Assembly: GCA_964397465.1 (NCBI GenBank)
Contig: CAYNIC010000011.1
Span: forward strand, 3,503-67,502
DNA length: 64,000 nt
Direction: 5' to 3'
Origin: an uncultured Rhodospirillales bacterium
GTDB taxonomy: Bacteria; Pseudomonadota; Alphaproteobacteria; JAWKYA01
The translations under genes were made by a program, and so were the position numbers. Of the stretch, positions 32,386-40,603 are shown piece by piece (position 1 is the stretch's first letter; every line of letters starts with the position of its first letter). The notes below the pieces were generated by a model that saw nothing but the letters and a program-made list of their open reading frames with translations, had not been told where the DNA came from and made no database searches.

Positions 32386-33687
32386 CTAAGGAGATCTCTT
32401 TTTCTGATCTTTGCTCTTAAACTTTAGTTTTGGCTGAGGATGGCGTGAGCCATACATCCATTTAGGGTCTATTATCAACTCAGGTTCTTTTTTGGGAGTC
32501 GCTGGTCTTGGAGGGAGAGAAAGCTGCATCGCTTTATCGCCTTGAGCAATATTTTTTAAATGATTTTTAAATAAGCTAACGTCACCAAAATAGTTTGGAT
32601 AAGCAATTTTCAGATTTGCAATCTTATCTATTTCTACCAAAACAACCTCAACCATTTTTTCATTTTCTCTCAATTCACTTTCAACCCTATTGTAAGACTC
32701 AGTAGCAGCAAGCGCTGTGTAGTAGGGGTCAAGATAGACGTAATTTGTAGCGTAATCATACTTAACAAGAAGGTGTGTTGCCTGAGTATTTTGAAGTTGA
32801 GCAGAGCTTGTTCCCTCGACTGCAAGGCTGACACCTTCCAGCAAATTAACAGCATTCAACACATGTGCTAGTTCCCTTATCTCTTCTCGGCGTTCATTAG
32901 CATTAGGTGTGTTAGGAACCGTCGGGCATTCTTCGTGTTCAGCAAACTCGGCTGACATTAATGTTAACAACCGAAGCCAGTTATGGTCGCCCTTACTATA
33001 TTTAAGTTCTTTTTTAATTATAAGACCTACAGATTCTACGGCTGTTGCCCAGGTATGTTGAAGTTTTGTTCGTATCTGAACTTCTATTTTTTTGCCATCG
33101 AAGGCCGTAGGCCGCTTTCCTTGGTAGCTAAAAATAATGTGGTGACTACGATAGCCATCATCTTTAGGTGAAACAATAAAATCTTTCTCACTGTGAAAAC
33201 TGTTAGAAAGATGATGAGTCAAAATATCGCTAATATTTTTTACGTCAGAAATACTTTTAACAATTGCTCTGCATCCGCCGATATCTTGAATCGTTTGCAG
33301 TTTTAAGCGAGTGAGCCTATTTAACTTGTCGCGAATTGACTGCATTCGTTTAAGTCTAGCCGCTACCAGGCCTTCTTGCTTATTGGCTCGTAGCAATGCT
33401 CTAATTTTACCTCGAATACTTCTCATAGGATAAGCATGAGCTTCCCGCCAGTTGTTAGCTATAAGGAAAGCATCGCGGACCTCGAAAGGTATATCGGTTC
33501 CTTCTGGGTGCAGATTTTTTACAGCAATTATTTTACCCGCCTTCTCTATATCGTTAAGCGAGAATTTAAGGTGTGGATAATCGTTCTCGTCAGCCAAGGA
33601 AGGCTCCAAATTAAGGATATCATCCTCCCAGGAAAAACACTTTTCCCGGGCATCTGAGGCTACTATAAGAAATGGTAGATTAGCCAT
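32386..33687 (-). CDS. RelA/SpoT (alarmone synthetase-like nucleotidyltransferase) domain protein with about 190-aa C-terminal extension; toxSAS-like
   Basis: IQDIGGCRAIV...DDGYRSHHIIF...KIEVQIRTKLQHTWATAVE are signature RelA_SpoT synthetase motifs. GC about 37%, in contrast to the 62% of neighbouring genes. Start placed at MANLPFL. Confidence 0.7.
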   Translation of the reverse strand: MANLPFLIVASDAREKCFSWEDDILNLEPSLADENDYPHLKFSLNDIEKAGKIIAVKNLHPEGTDIPFEVRDAFLIANNWREAHAYPMRSIRGKIRALLRANKQEGLVAARLKRMQSIRDKLNRLTRLKLQTIQDIGGCRAIVKSISDVKNISDILTHHLSNSFHSEKDFIVSPKDDGYRSHHIIFSYQGKRPTAFDGKKIEVQIRTKLQHTWATAVESVGLIIKKELKYSKGDHNWLRLLTLMSAEFAEHEECPTVPNTPNANERREEIRELAHVLNAVNLLEGVSLAVEGTSSAQLQNTQATHLLVKYDYATNYVYLDPYYTALAATESYNRVESELRENEKMVEVVLVEIDKIANLKIAYPNYFGDVSLFKNHLKNIAQGDKAMQLSLPPRPATPKKEPELIIDPKWMYGSRHPQPKLKFKSKDQKKRSP

Positions 33688-33724
33688 GAAATTCCTTTCT
33701 AAGAGATCAAGAATAATCCCTACC

Positions 33725-34345
33725 CTACCTACGCCCTGCATAAGGATCATGTAGAGCAGGTACAGTAACTTGTGACGTAGCGCCGCCGCCGTTGCGTTGG
33801 AAAAGTTTCTCGGCTAACCGCGCGATGCCACCGCCGTCGGGCAAGCTCAACGGGCCCGACTTATCGTGGCTGCGCTTATAGACATAGATGCCCAGAACGC
33901 CCAAAGCGACACTCCAACTGGTCGAGAGGTTGTCGAGGGCCGCAATCACCTCCACGGCAAACGCTGGTTTGATCGCGATCAGATAGGCAACCGCCCCCAT
34001 CTGTCCCAACCAGGTCACGGCGATGATATAACCAAAGGTGGGTCTCATGCGCCGCACGTAAGGATCGTCCGACGCAACCTCGCGGCGGATGGTGCGGTTG
34101 ACTTCGGTCAGTGTAACGGCATCCCGGTCGGCTTCGATCTGCGCCATGGTTTCCAGATGGCGGTTGGCCTCGTTTATTGCTTCGGGCGGAACCTCGCCCT
34201 TGCCGATGGCGTCGGTGACACGGCCTAAGGCGTCGGACGCTGCCTTGGCCAAAGGATGAGAGAGTTTACCAAGGGCAAATCCGACGAGTTTGGCAAGAAC
34301 CGGCAAGCCGATGCCGGCAAGAAGACTGGCAAACATTTTTGTCAC
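33725..34345 (-). CDS. putative holin (3-TM, GTA/phage type)
   Basis: Three predicted TM helices. Gene overlaps the endolysin stop (ATGA). Confidence 0.5.
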   Translation of the reverse strand: MTKMFASLLAGIGLPVLAKLVGFALGKLSHPLAKAASDALGRVTDAIGKGEVPPEAINEANRHLETMAQIEADRDAVTLTEVNRTIRREVASDDPYVRRMRPTFGYIIAVTWLGQMGAVAYLIAIKPAFAVEVIAALDNLSTSWSVALGVLGIYVYKRSHDKSGPLSLPDGGGIARLAEKLFQRNGGGATSQVTVPALHDPYAGRR

Positions 34346-34800
34346 TCCACATTGTTATAGAAAACATGGCGGCCGATGCGGGCCGAGGGGGTGCGGCCGT
34401 GGGACCAATAGGGGCTGATATGGCTTGCGTGGTAATGGGTGGCGCCGTTGGTCGGATCGGCCATGGTGCCGCCAAGCGCCTCGGCGGCGATGAGAAGCGC
34501 CAAACGAAACGCCGCATCGCTTTCATCCACGGTCAGTACCTTGATCCGGTTGGGATCGCCCACGTTCCAGCAGGAAAATTGATAGGCGGCAAGGCAGATC
34601 TCCCGCACCGACCGTGTCCGCTCGATCCCTTCGCGAGCCCGGCGGTTGATGATGACGGCGGCGATCGCGCGCATGCCGGCCTCGCCTTCGCTGCGCGCTT
34701 CGCCCCACAAAGTGCGGGCCAGGATGTCCCGTTCCCGCGCCGGTTCGGCCAAGGCCTGATCGATCCGCACCGCGGCGGGACTCAAAGTGCGACTCATCAT
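34342..34800 (-). CDS. cell-wall hydrolase (SleB/Hydrolase_2-type endolysin)
   Basis: TLWGEARSEGEAGMRAIAAVIINR...NGATHYH is a typical Hydrolase_2 family sequence. Confidence 0.75.
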   Translation of the reverse strand: MMSRTLSPAAVRIDQALAEPARERDILARTLWGEARSEGEAGMRAIAAVIINRRAREGIERTRSVREICLAAYQFSCWNVGDPNRIKVLTVDESDAAFRLALLIAAEALGGTMADPTNGATHYHASHISPYWSHGRTPSARIGRHVFYNNVE

Positions 34801-35108
34801 ACGGCTCCTTGTTTGGGAAACAGGGGAACATCCAGCTTGGCTTCGATGCGCAACAGGTGCGACGTTAACCGCCGCTCTACATCCTTCAGGTAGGCGATCG
34901 AGGCGTAGGATTTCGCCACTTCCAGTTTATAGGCGGCCAAGGTCTCGCGCAGTTGCGCATCCCCGGTGTGACATTGATGACGGAGGTGATCTAGTTTCTC
35001 TTCGCCATCGCGGCGGATGCGCCAGATGAACCAGAACAGACCGGCCAGGGTCGGCAGCTCGACCGCGGTGATCCACCACAACAGGGTCTCGGGCAAAAAG
35101 TTGCTCAT
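34797..35108 (-). CDS. phage membrane protein (N-terminal TM plus coiled coil; spanin/holin-associated?)
   Basis: MSNFLPETLLWWITAVELPTLAGLFWFIW is a TM helix, followed by a helical region. ATGA overlaps on both sides. Confidence 0.4.
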   Translation of the reverse strand: MSNFLPETLLWWITAVELPTLAGLFWFIWRIRRDGEEKLDHLRHQCHTGDAQLRETLAAYKLEVAKSYASIAYLKDVERRLTSHLLRIEAKLDVPLFPKQGAV

Positions 35109-35434
35109 AGGGATGATCCGTTTGCAGAAGGTAAGGTTGGCGCCGGTGCGTGGGTGTCGCTTTGCCAGTTTTTTCCTTCGGTGATGATGCAAGATCGGCT
35201 GGAGGTGAGGCGCGCCACGGCAACCCAACTTGCCGTCATCGGCGCGATGTAAACATCGATGGTCGTGCCCTCCGCCGTGGTGCCGCGGCCTAGACGGATA
35301 AATCCCTTGGCGGGGGCGAGGGCTTGATCAAGCTCCGCCGTCGATCCGCACCGCGGTGCTGCAAGAGTAAGCGACGGCAAGGCAAGGATCATCGCGCCAA
35401 GCGTCAGCCCGGCGATACTGTGACAGTAGCGCAT
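35105..35434 (-). CDS. hypothetical secreted phage protein
   Basis: Signal peptide MRYCHSIAGLTLGAMILALPSLTLA. Placed between terL and the lysis genes. Confidence 0.35.
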   Translation of the reverse strand: MRYCHSIAGLTLGAMILALPSLTLAAPRCGSTAELDQALAPAKGFIRLGRGTTAEGTTIDVYIAPMTASWVAVARLTSSRSCIITEGKNWQSDTHAPAPTLPSANGSSL

Positions 35435-35466
35435 AAAAATTCTCCTCAAGATGGGGTTAGAAAAAC

Positions 35467-36960
35467 CTACGGTTCGAAATCGGTTGCGGCGGCGGTGTTG
35501 GTGGCGCCCGGTCGCCAATCGCGTTTGGTCCGCGGCGCAAAGGCGGCGGCAATTCGCACCGGCTCTGCTGAAATGGCGCCGGCCACCGCATCCAGGGCGT
35601 CATCGGGACGTTTGCGACTGGTCGCCGCGGGCCGCCAGTCGCGCATCTGTTGAATAAACGGTGTCTGCCACAGGCTGCGATGGGCGTATAAGGTTCCCGC
35701 CGCCAAGGGCACATCAAGCGCATCCAAAATGCGTTGGGTTTTGGGTTTGCTGCTGTGGGCTTCGACCACCACGGTTGGAATCTTCGCCTCACTCAAGGCG
35801 TGACGTAAAAGTCCGGGCAAGAACCGGCCGATGCCGTTGGTCTCGATGGTCACTGTGGGCAGATGAAGTCCGCGCAAGAATTCGGCCGCTTGGCGGCAGA
35901 GCTGCGTTGCCTCGTCGACTTGCGGCAAGGCGGTCATGTCGTGGTTCAGATAGGTCAGGCGATGGAGATAGAAATTTCCTATCGCATCGGAAAACACCGC
36001 GGCAATCACGCTGCCGTCGCCCTTTTCCGCGGCGCCAAAGGCCGGATCCCACCAACAGCTCGCCGAGACCAGTCGCGTTTGACCCAACATCAGCACCGGC
36101 ATCCGGTTGGCCTCGCTGTAAACCAACTCGCCGTCATAGGGACGCAAGCGATCGGGGTTGAGACGCGCCGCCGTGACGTTGCTGGGCCGCAGCAACATCT
36201 GCGCCGCGAACTTCGCCTCGCCGCTGCGCCGCCGCATCTTGGCAATCTCGGTTTTGCCATAGCGTTCCGGCCAGATGCTGCGGCCCCGACGATCGAGCAA
36301 CGGCATCTCCATCCGTTTGAAGTTGCCCAGAAACGGTATGTCTTCACCCAATTCGCGCCGCGCTTCGGTGGCATAGATAGAGTAATAACTGTGGGGCGTG
36401 CCGATATAGATCTGGGTTCCGCCCGGCACCAGGATATAGGGAATTTCACTCAACCGGTCGCGCAGGTCCTGACGCTTGGGCGGGGTATCGCAGGTATTGG
36501 GAACCTCCACATCATCGCACAGGATCACATCGGCCCGGCTGCCGGTGACATTGGCCGAGATGCCGCGGCCCAGCATTGACGGATCGCGCAGCTCGCCCGG
36601 TCGTTTGACCGTAAACTGATCCATCGCCCAGGACGAAGTGCGGCGCGGTTTTAATCCCTTGGTAAAGGGATGGCGCTCGATCAGCCGTTTCACATTGCGC
36701 ACCATCTTGCAGGCAAGATCGTGCTCCGCCGCCAGAACCAAGATCCGCAGCATCGGATTCTTGGTAAACAACCAAGCACAGAATAATCCGCAGATGGTCG
36801 ACTTGCCGCTTGACCGAAACGCCAGCAGTACCAGTTCATGATCATGGGCTGCCCACCGGGCCGCCAGCCACCGCGCCATGCGGAGTTGCACCCGCGGTGT
36901 GGTTTGGCCCTGATGCTCGTTCCACATCCAGACGAATTCGGGAAAGCTGGGCGCGGTCAT
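35467..36960 (-). CDS. phage terminase large subunit
   Basis: Walker A LLAFRSSGKST, Walker B ILCDDVE and a C-terminal RNaseH-like nuclease region. Occupies the T7 gp19 position. Confidence 0.85.
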   Translation of the reverse strand: MTAPSFPEFVWMWNEHQGQTTPRVQLRMARWLAARWAAHDHELVLLAFRSSGKSTICGLFCAWLFTKNPMLRILVLAAEHDLACKMVRNVKRLIERHPFTKGLKPRRTSSWAMDQFTVKRPGELRDPSMLGRGISANVTGSRADVILCDDVEVPNTCDTPPKRQDLRDRLSEIPYILVPGGTQIYIGTPHSYYSIYATEARRELGEDIPFLGNFKRMEMPLLDRRGRSIWPERYGKTEIAKMRRRSGEAKFAAQMLLRPSNVTAARLNPDRLRPYDGELVYSEANRMPVLMLGQTRLVSASCWWDPAFGAAEKGDGSVIAAVFSDAIGNFYLHRLTYLNHDMTALPQVDEATQLCRQAAEFLRGLHLPTVTIETNGIGRFLPGLLRHALSEAKIPTVVVEAHSSKPKTQRILDALDVPLAAGTLYAHRSLWQTPFIQQMRDWRPAATSRKRPDDALDAVAGAISAEPVRIAAAFAPRTKRDWRPGATNTAAATDFEP

Positions 36961-37319
36961 GACAGATCATCATCCTCGGCATCATCGTCCGGCACGGTAT
37001 CGTCGGTATCCGCCACCGCATCCCGCGCCCGGGTCAACAGCGACGCCAAGGCATCGTCGCTTTCCGCTTCTTGATGATCCACCGCCCACCGCGCCAGACG
37101 TAACAGCCCATCCAAATGTCCTAGGGCGGATTTGCACGCAGTATGATAGGCGGAAAAACCCTTGGCGGTGTTGTCGCAGGGTGCGGCGACAAACTGGGTA
37201 TAGCTGTCCAAGGCGGTGGCCAATAAAACGGGAAGATCCTGGGCGATTTTTTGCCGGGTGGACTCGAGGCCCTTTTGGGTGCGGTTTTTGCTGGAAAGTT
37301 TTGATACCGAAACTGTCAC
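36957..37319 (-). CDS. hypothetical phage protein with acidic C-terminus (in the position of the terminase small subunit)
   Basis: 120 aa. ATGA overlap with terL. No recognisable motif. Confidence 0.35.
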   Translation of the reverse strand: MTVSVSKLSSKNRTQKGLESTRQKIAQDLPVLLATALDSYTQFVAAPCDNTAKGFSAYHTACKSALGHLDGLLRLARWAVDHQEAESDDALASLLTRARDAVADTDDTVPDDDAEDDDLS

Positions 37320-37354
37320 GTCATGTCCTTTCGAGGGAAAACAAAGGCAAGAAA

Positions 37355-37585
37355 TTATCGGGGCGGCAGTGTGCCGGTGATTCCAGTGGCGATTTTTAGA
37401 AACTGTTCCAGCCGCGCCTCGACCTCAGCCAATCGGGTTTCCAGGGGCAGGGAAGATGCCGGTGAAGAAGGTGATGAATCCGGCGGCGCAATGAAAACCG
37501 CCGAGGCGGTTTCGTCGTTTTTCAGGATATAGTTCTCGTCCTCCCATCGAACGCTAAGACCGCGGTTACTGTAGATATAGGGCAT
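37355..37585 (-). CDS. hypothetical phage protein
   Basis: 76-aa ORF between the tail fiber and the terminase module. Confidence 0.3.
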   Translation of the reverse strand: MPYIYSNRGLSVRWEDENYILKNDETASAVFIAPPDSSPSSPASSLPLETRLAEVEARLEQFLKIATGITGTLPPR

Positions 37586-37594
37586 GGAACCTCC

Positions 37595-40087
37595 TTAAAA
37601 TTCGTAGCCGTTGATATCGAGCCGAAACTGAGCCGTAGTTGTGGACGACCGCCAATACACCTGCTGGGTTGTGTTCAAGATCAGACGAAACTGTCCGGCG
37701 ATCCGCCATCCATCGAAGATGGTACCGCTGGCATTCCCGGCCGCGGTGTAACAGCCGCCGGTGCCGGTGGCGTCGGCGGCAATGGCGATGGTGTCGTTGG
37801 CCGAGGCGGCGGATTGGCCGATGGTTCCGGAGACCACACCCGCGGCCGGCGGCACCGCATTGGCGATGGATTGCACCGTCCAACTGGTGATGCCGGCGAT
37901 GCCGGTAAAGATGGTTTGTGGTGCCTGAATGACGCTGCGGTCGAACTGATAAAACTTCACCAGATTTGATGCGCCGTCATTGCGCGCCGACCCGACCAAG
38001 GCCTTGTAAGTATATCCGCCGGGAAGCATCGGTGTCGTTCCCGACAAGGATATCAATCCCGCCACGGTGGAGGTCGCGGCATTGTAAATGACCCACAACC
38101 GGTACCAGGTGGCGGCGGCTTCAACGCCGCTGTCCAACCCGTTGACGCCGCTGGCGGCGATGTCGACGGTAACCGCAATGTTGCTCAGCATCATCGCGTC
38201 ACCGGCGGCGTCCTTCACCATCAGTTCATCCGCGGCGATGTCGATCTTATTGGCCGGCGACGCGGCATTGACTCCGGCTTTCAGCCGTCGCGCTTGCCCG
38301 GCAAGGGTGAGGGAATGGGTAAAACTTAAAACGCCATTACCATTGGTGCGGAGAACTTGACCGGCCAGGCCGTCGCTGCCGGGAAAAACAAGACCCTTCA
38401 GTTTGATCTTGCCGCTGCCGTTGGGTGAGAGGTCGATGTCGCCGTTCCCGGTACTGACGATTTTCTTGCCATTGACGATCAAATCCCCGCCCAGTTTTGG
38501 CGCCGGATCATCTTCGATCTTCATCAATATCCCGGGGATGCCTTGCGCGCCGGTGTCGCCTTTCATCGCCAGGACATCCCAATAGATCCCGTTGGGCGGC
38601 GTGTGATTGATATGGGCGATTTTGCAGCGATAACTGCTGCCGGCAAGGGTTGCCACATCGCCGATGACATAGGACGTTACCGCCGACCATGCGCCTTTCC
38701 AGGCCAAGGCGCCGTCATTGCCGGCAAGGCCGTCCACGGCGACCAAGGCCCATTGCGGCGTGGTTGCCGTAAGACCGATGCGGCTTGGCGTGATGCCTTG
38801 ATGATCGACGGCGGCGATATAGGTTGCGCCGCTGGCATCATGGCGGACGACATCGCCGCGTTTGTAGGATGTCGTCATTTCCCACGCGGCCATCCAAGCG
38901 AATCCAAGCTCGGTCAAGGGCAAGGGTACAACCGTAACCGACTTGCCGGTCCACACCATCCATCGTGCGGCATAGGAGGGCGACGTCAGATCAACGGGGG
39001 TGCCGCCGCCGCTGGCGTCGGTTGTTCCCGCCTGGGCGATGTCGCCGGCGGCGAAACCGCTGCCGCCCGCCAGTTGGGGATTGGCCCCGGCTTTGTTGTA
39101 AACGTATCCGTGGCTGTGGGTTGGAAGTTCCGCCAAGGTTAGACTGTGTTTCTCTTCGCCGAAACTTGCGCCCAGTTGGCGAAGAGTAAGACCGGCACCT
39201 TGTCCTGCACCGACGATGGCACGGCCGCGCAAGTCGGGAAGTTTGACTGTGTCGTGCAAAAGCCACGTCTCGCTTCCCTGGTTAGGCGGCAAGGTGCGGA
39301 GGATGGAAAACAGGTTTTCATAGGCGCCATGGGCATGATCCGCTCCGCTTGAGGCGTCGCCCAAGGTTTTGCCATCGAGCTCCAGCCATCCGTCGGGCGC
39401 CATGCCGCCAAGGAGGCCGCCGAGAAACGGATGAATGGTGCCGACCGGTATCGCCGCCGCGACCTGACTGTTAAGGGCGTTCAAGCTGGCGGTGACACCG
39501 TTTAATGCCGCGGTACTGGCGGCGCCCAAGGTGGATCGTCCCGCTGCGGGATTTCCTGCCGCCAATAATGTCTCGCCAAATCCCGACACCGCCAGGTTTC
39601 CCGGCGGGGTGGCGATAATGGCCGTGGGCCGCCCCTCCGCATCAAAGCCCAGCGCTCGCCCGGCGCGAAGCGGCGCCAAGGGCAAGGTCATATCGACGTC
39701 GCTGTCGAACGGCGCCTTGGCAAGGGCATCGCCGGTCAAAGCCTGAACCTGCTGCACGCCCAAGGTCAAACGATCCAGTTCTTCATTCACCACTGCGGCG
39801 CGAAAGGATTCGCCATCGATGAAATCGGTGGTGCGGCTGATCGGCATGGCGCGGCTGATGGTCACCCGGCATCCGGCGGGCGGCGGAATAAAAAATACCA
39901 CATCACCGCCGCTGCTATTTCCGATGCCGGTAACCGTATAGGTGTTGATCGGCGCCCATTGGTCGTTCAACGCGACCTTTAAATCATCGCCGTTCAGAAT
40001 GGGGAAGTCGTAAGCAAAGGCCGTGACGGCGCCGGTGCCCCAATGCTGAAGGCGTGGCCGGACATCGCCGATGAGAAGATCGGACAT
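37595..40087 (-). CDS. phage tail fiber protein with tail-collar domain
   Basis: VKLPDLRGRAIVGAGQG is the phage Tail_Collar motif. 830 aa, Gly/Ala-rich and beta-rich. Confidence 0.8.
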   Translation of the reverse strand: MSDLLIGDVRPRLQHWGTGAVTAFAYDFPILNGDDLKVALNDQWAPINTYTVTGIGNSSGGDVVFFIPPPAGCRVTISRAMPISRTTDFIDGESFRAAVVNEELDRLTLGVQQVQALTGDALAKAPFDSDVDMTLPLAPLRAGRALGFDAEGRPTAIIATPPGNLAVSGFGETLLAAGNPAAGRSTLGAASTAALNGVTASLNALNSQVAAAIPVGTIHPFLGGLLGGMAPDGWLELDGKTLGDASSGADHAHGAYENLFSILRTLPPNQGSETWLLHDTVKLPDLRGRAIVGAGQGAGLTLRQLGASFGEEKHSLTLAELPTHSHGYVYNKAGANPQLAGGSGFAAGDIAQAGTTDASGGGTPVDLTSPSYAARWMVWTGKSVTVVPLPLTELGFAWMAAWEMTTSYKRGDVVRHDASGATYIAAVDHQGITPSRIGLTATTPQWALVAVDGLAGNDGALAWKGAWSAVTSYVIGDVATLAGSSYRCKIAHINHTPPNGIYWDVLAMKGDTGAQGIPGILMKIEDDPAPKLGGDLIVNGKKIVSTGNGDIDLSPNGSGKIKLKGLVFPGSDGLAGQVLRTNGNGVLSFTHSLTLAGQARRLKAGVNAASPANKIDIAADELMVKDAAGDAMMLSNIAVTVDIAASGVNGLDSGVEAAATWYRLWVIYNAATSTVAGLISLSGTTPMLPGGYTYKALVGSARNDGASNLVKFYQFDRSVIQAPQTIFTGIAGITSWTVQSIANAVPPAAGVVSGTIGQSAASANDTIAIAADATGTGGCYTAAGNASGTIFDGWRIAGQFRLILNTTQQVYWRSSTTTAQFRLDINGYEF

Positions 40088-40111
40088 GAGAGTGTCTCCT
40101 TATAGAGGCGC

Positions 40112-40603
40112 TTAACGGATCAGGGATATTTGCTGAATGGCGTAGTGGGTTCCGGTGTCCAGCAGGCTGCGGCCGATGGCGTTCGCCGGCGACAAGCGAC
40201 GCTCGCGGTCCAAAATCTTGGCGCGCTGCTGCGTTTGGGCGATTGCGGCGCCGTTGTCGGCGAGGTCAGCATCCCGTTTGGCCAAGGCTTGTTCCGTCGC
40301 GTCGGCATGACGCGATTGCATCGCCTGTTGCAAGGCCGCCGTACTGCCGCCGTCATCATTGATGCCGCGCGCCGCCGCACTGGTGCGGGCGCCGCCCAAC
40401 TCGCGGCGTAACCCAAGGCGCCGGGTCGCTTGATCGGTCTCGAAGTTGTCGGCGATCAGCGAGCGTCGCCGCTGCAAGGACGCCAGTTGCTGCTGGGCAG
40501 CGAGGCTTTGCGCTTTCGCTTCGGCCCGGCGGGCGGGAAGATTCAGCGCCGTTTGGGCTGCTGTGGCGGCAAGCTGTGGAAGTAACGGGGTTGACGCGGC
40601 CAT
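40112..40603 (-). CDS. hypothetical virion protein (T7 gp13/gp14 position)
   Basis: 163-aa Ala/Gln-rich protein between the tubular protein B gene and the tail fiber gene. One-nt overlap coupling. Confidence 0.4.
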   Translation of the reverse strand: MAASTPLLPQLAATAAQTALNLPARRAEAKAQSLAAQQQLASLQRRRSLIADNFETDQATRRLGLRRELGGARTSAAARGINDDGGSTAALQQAMQSRHADATEQALAKRDADLADNGAAIAQTQQRAKILDRERRLSPANAIGRSLLDTGTHYAIQQISLIR

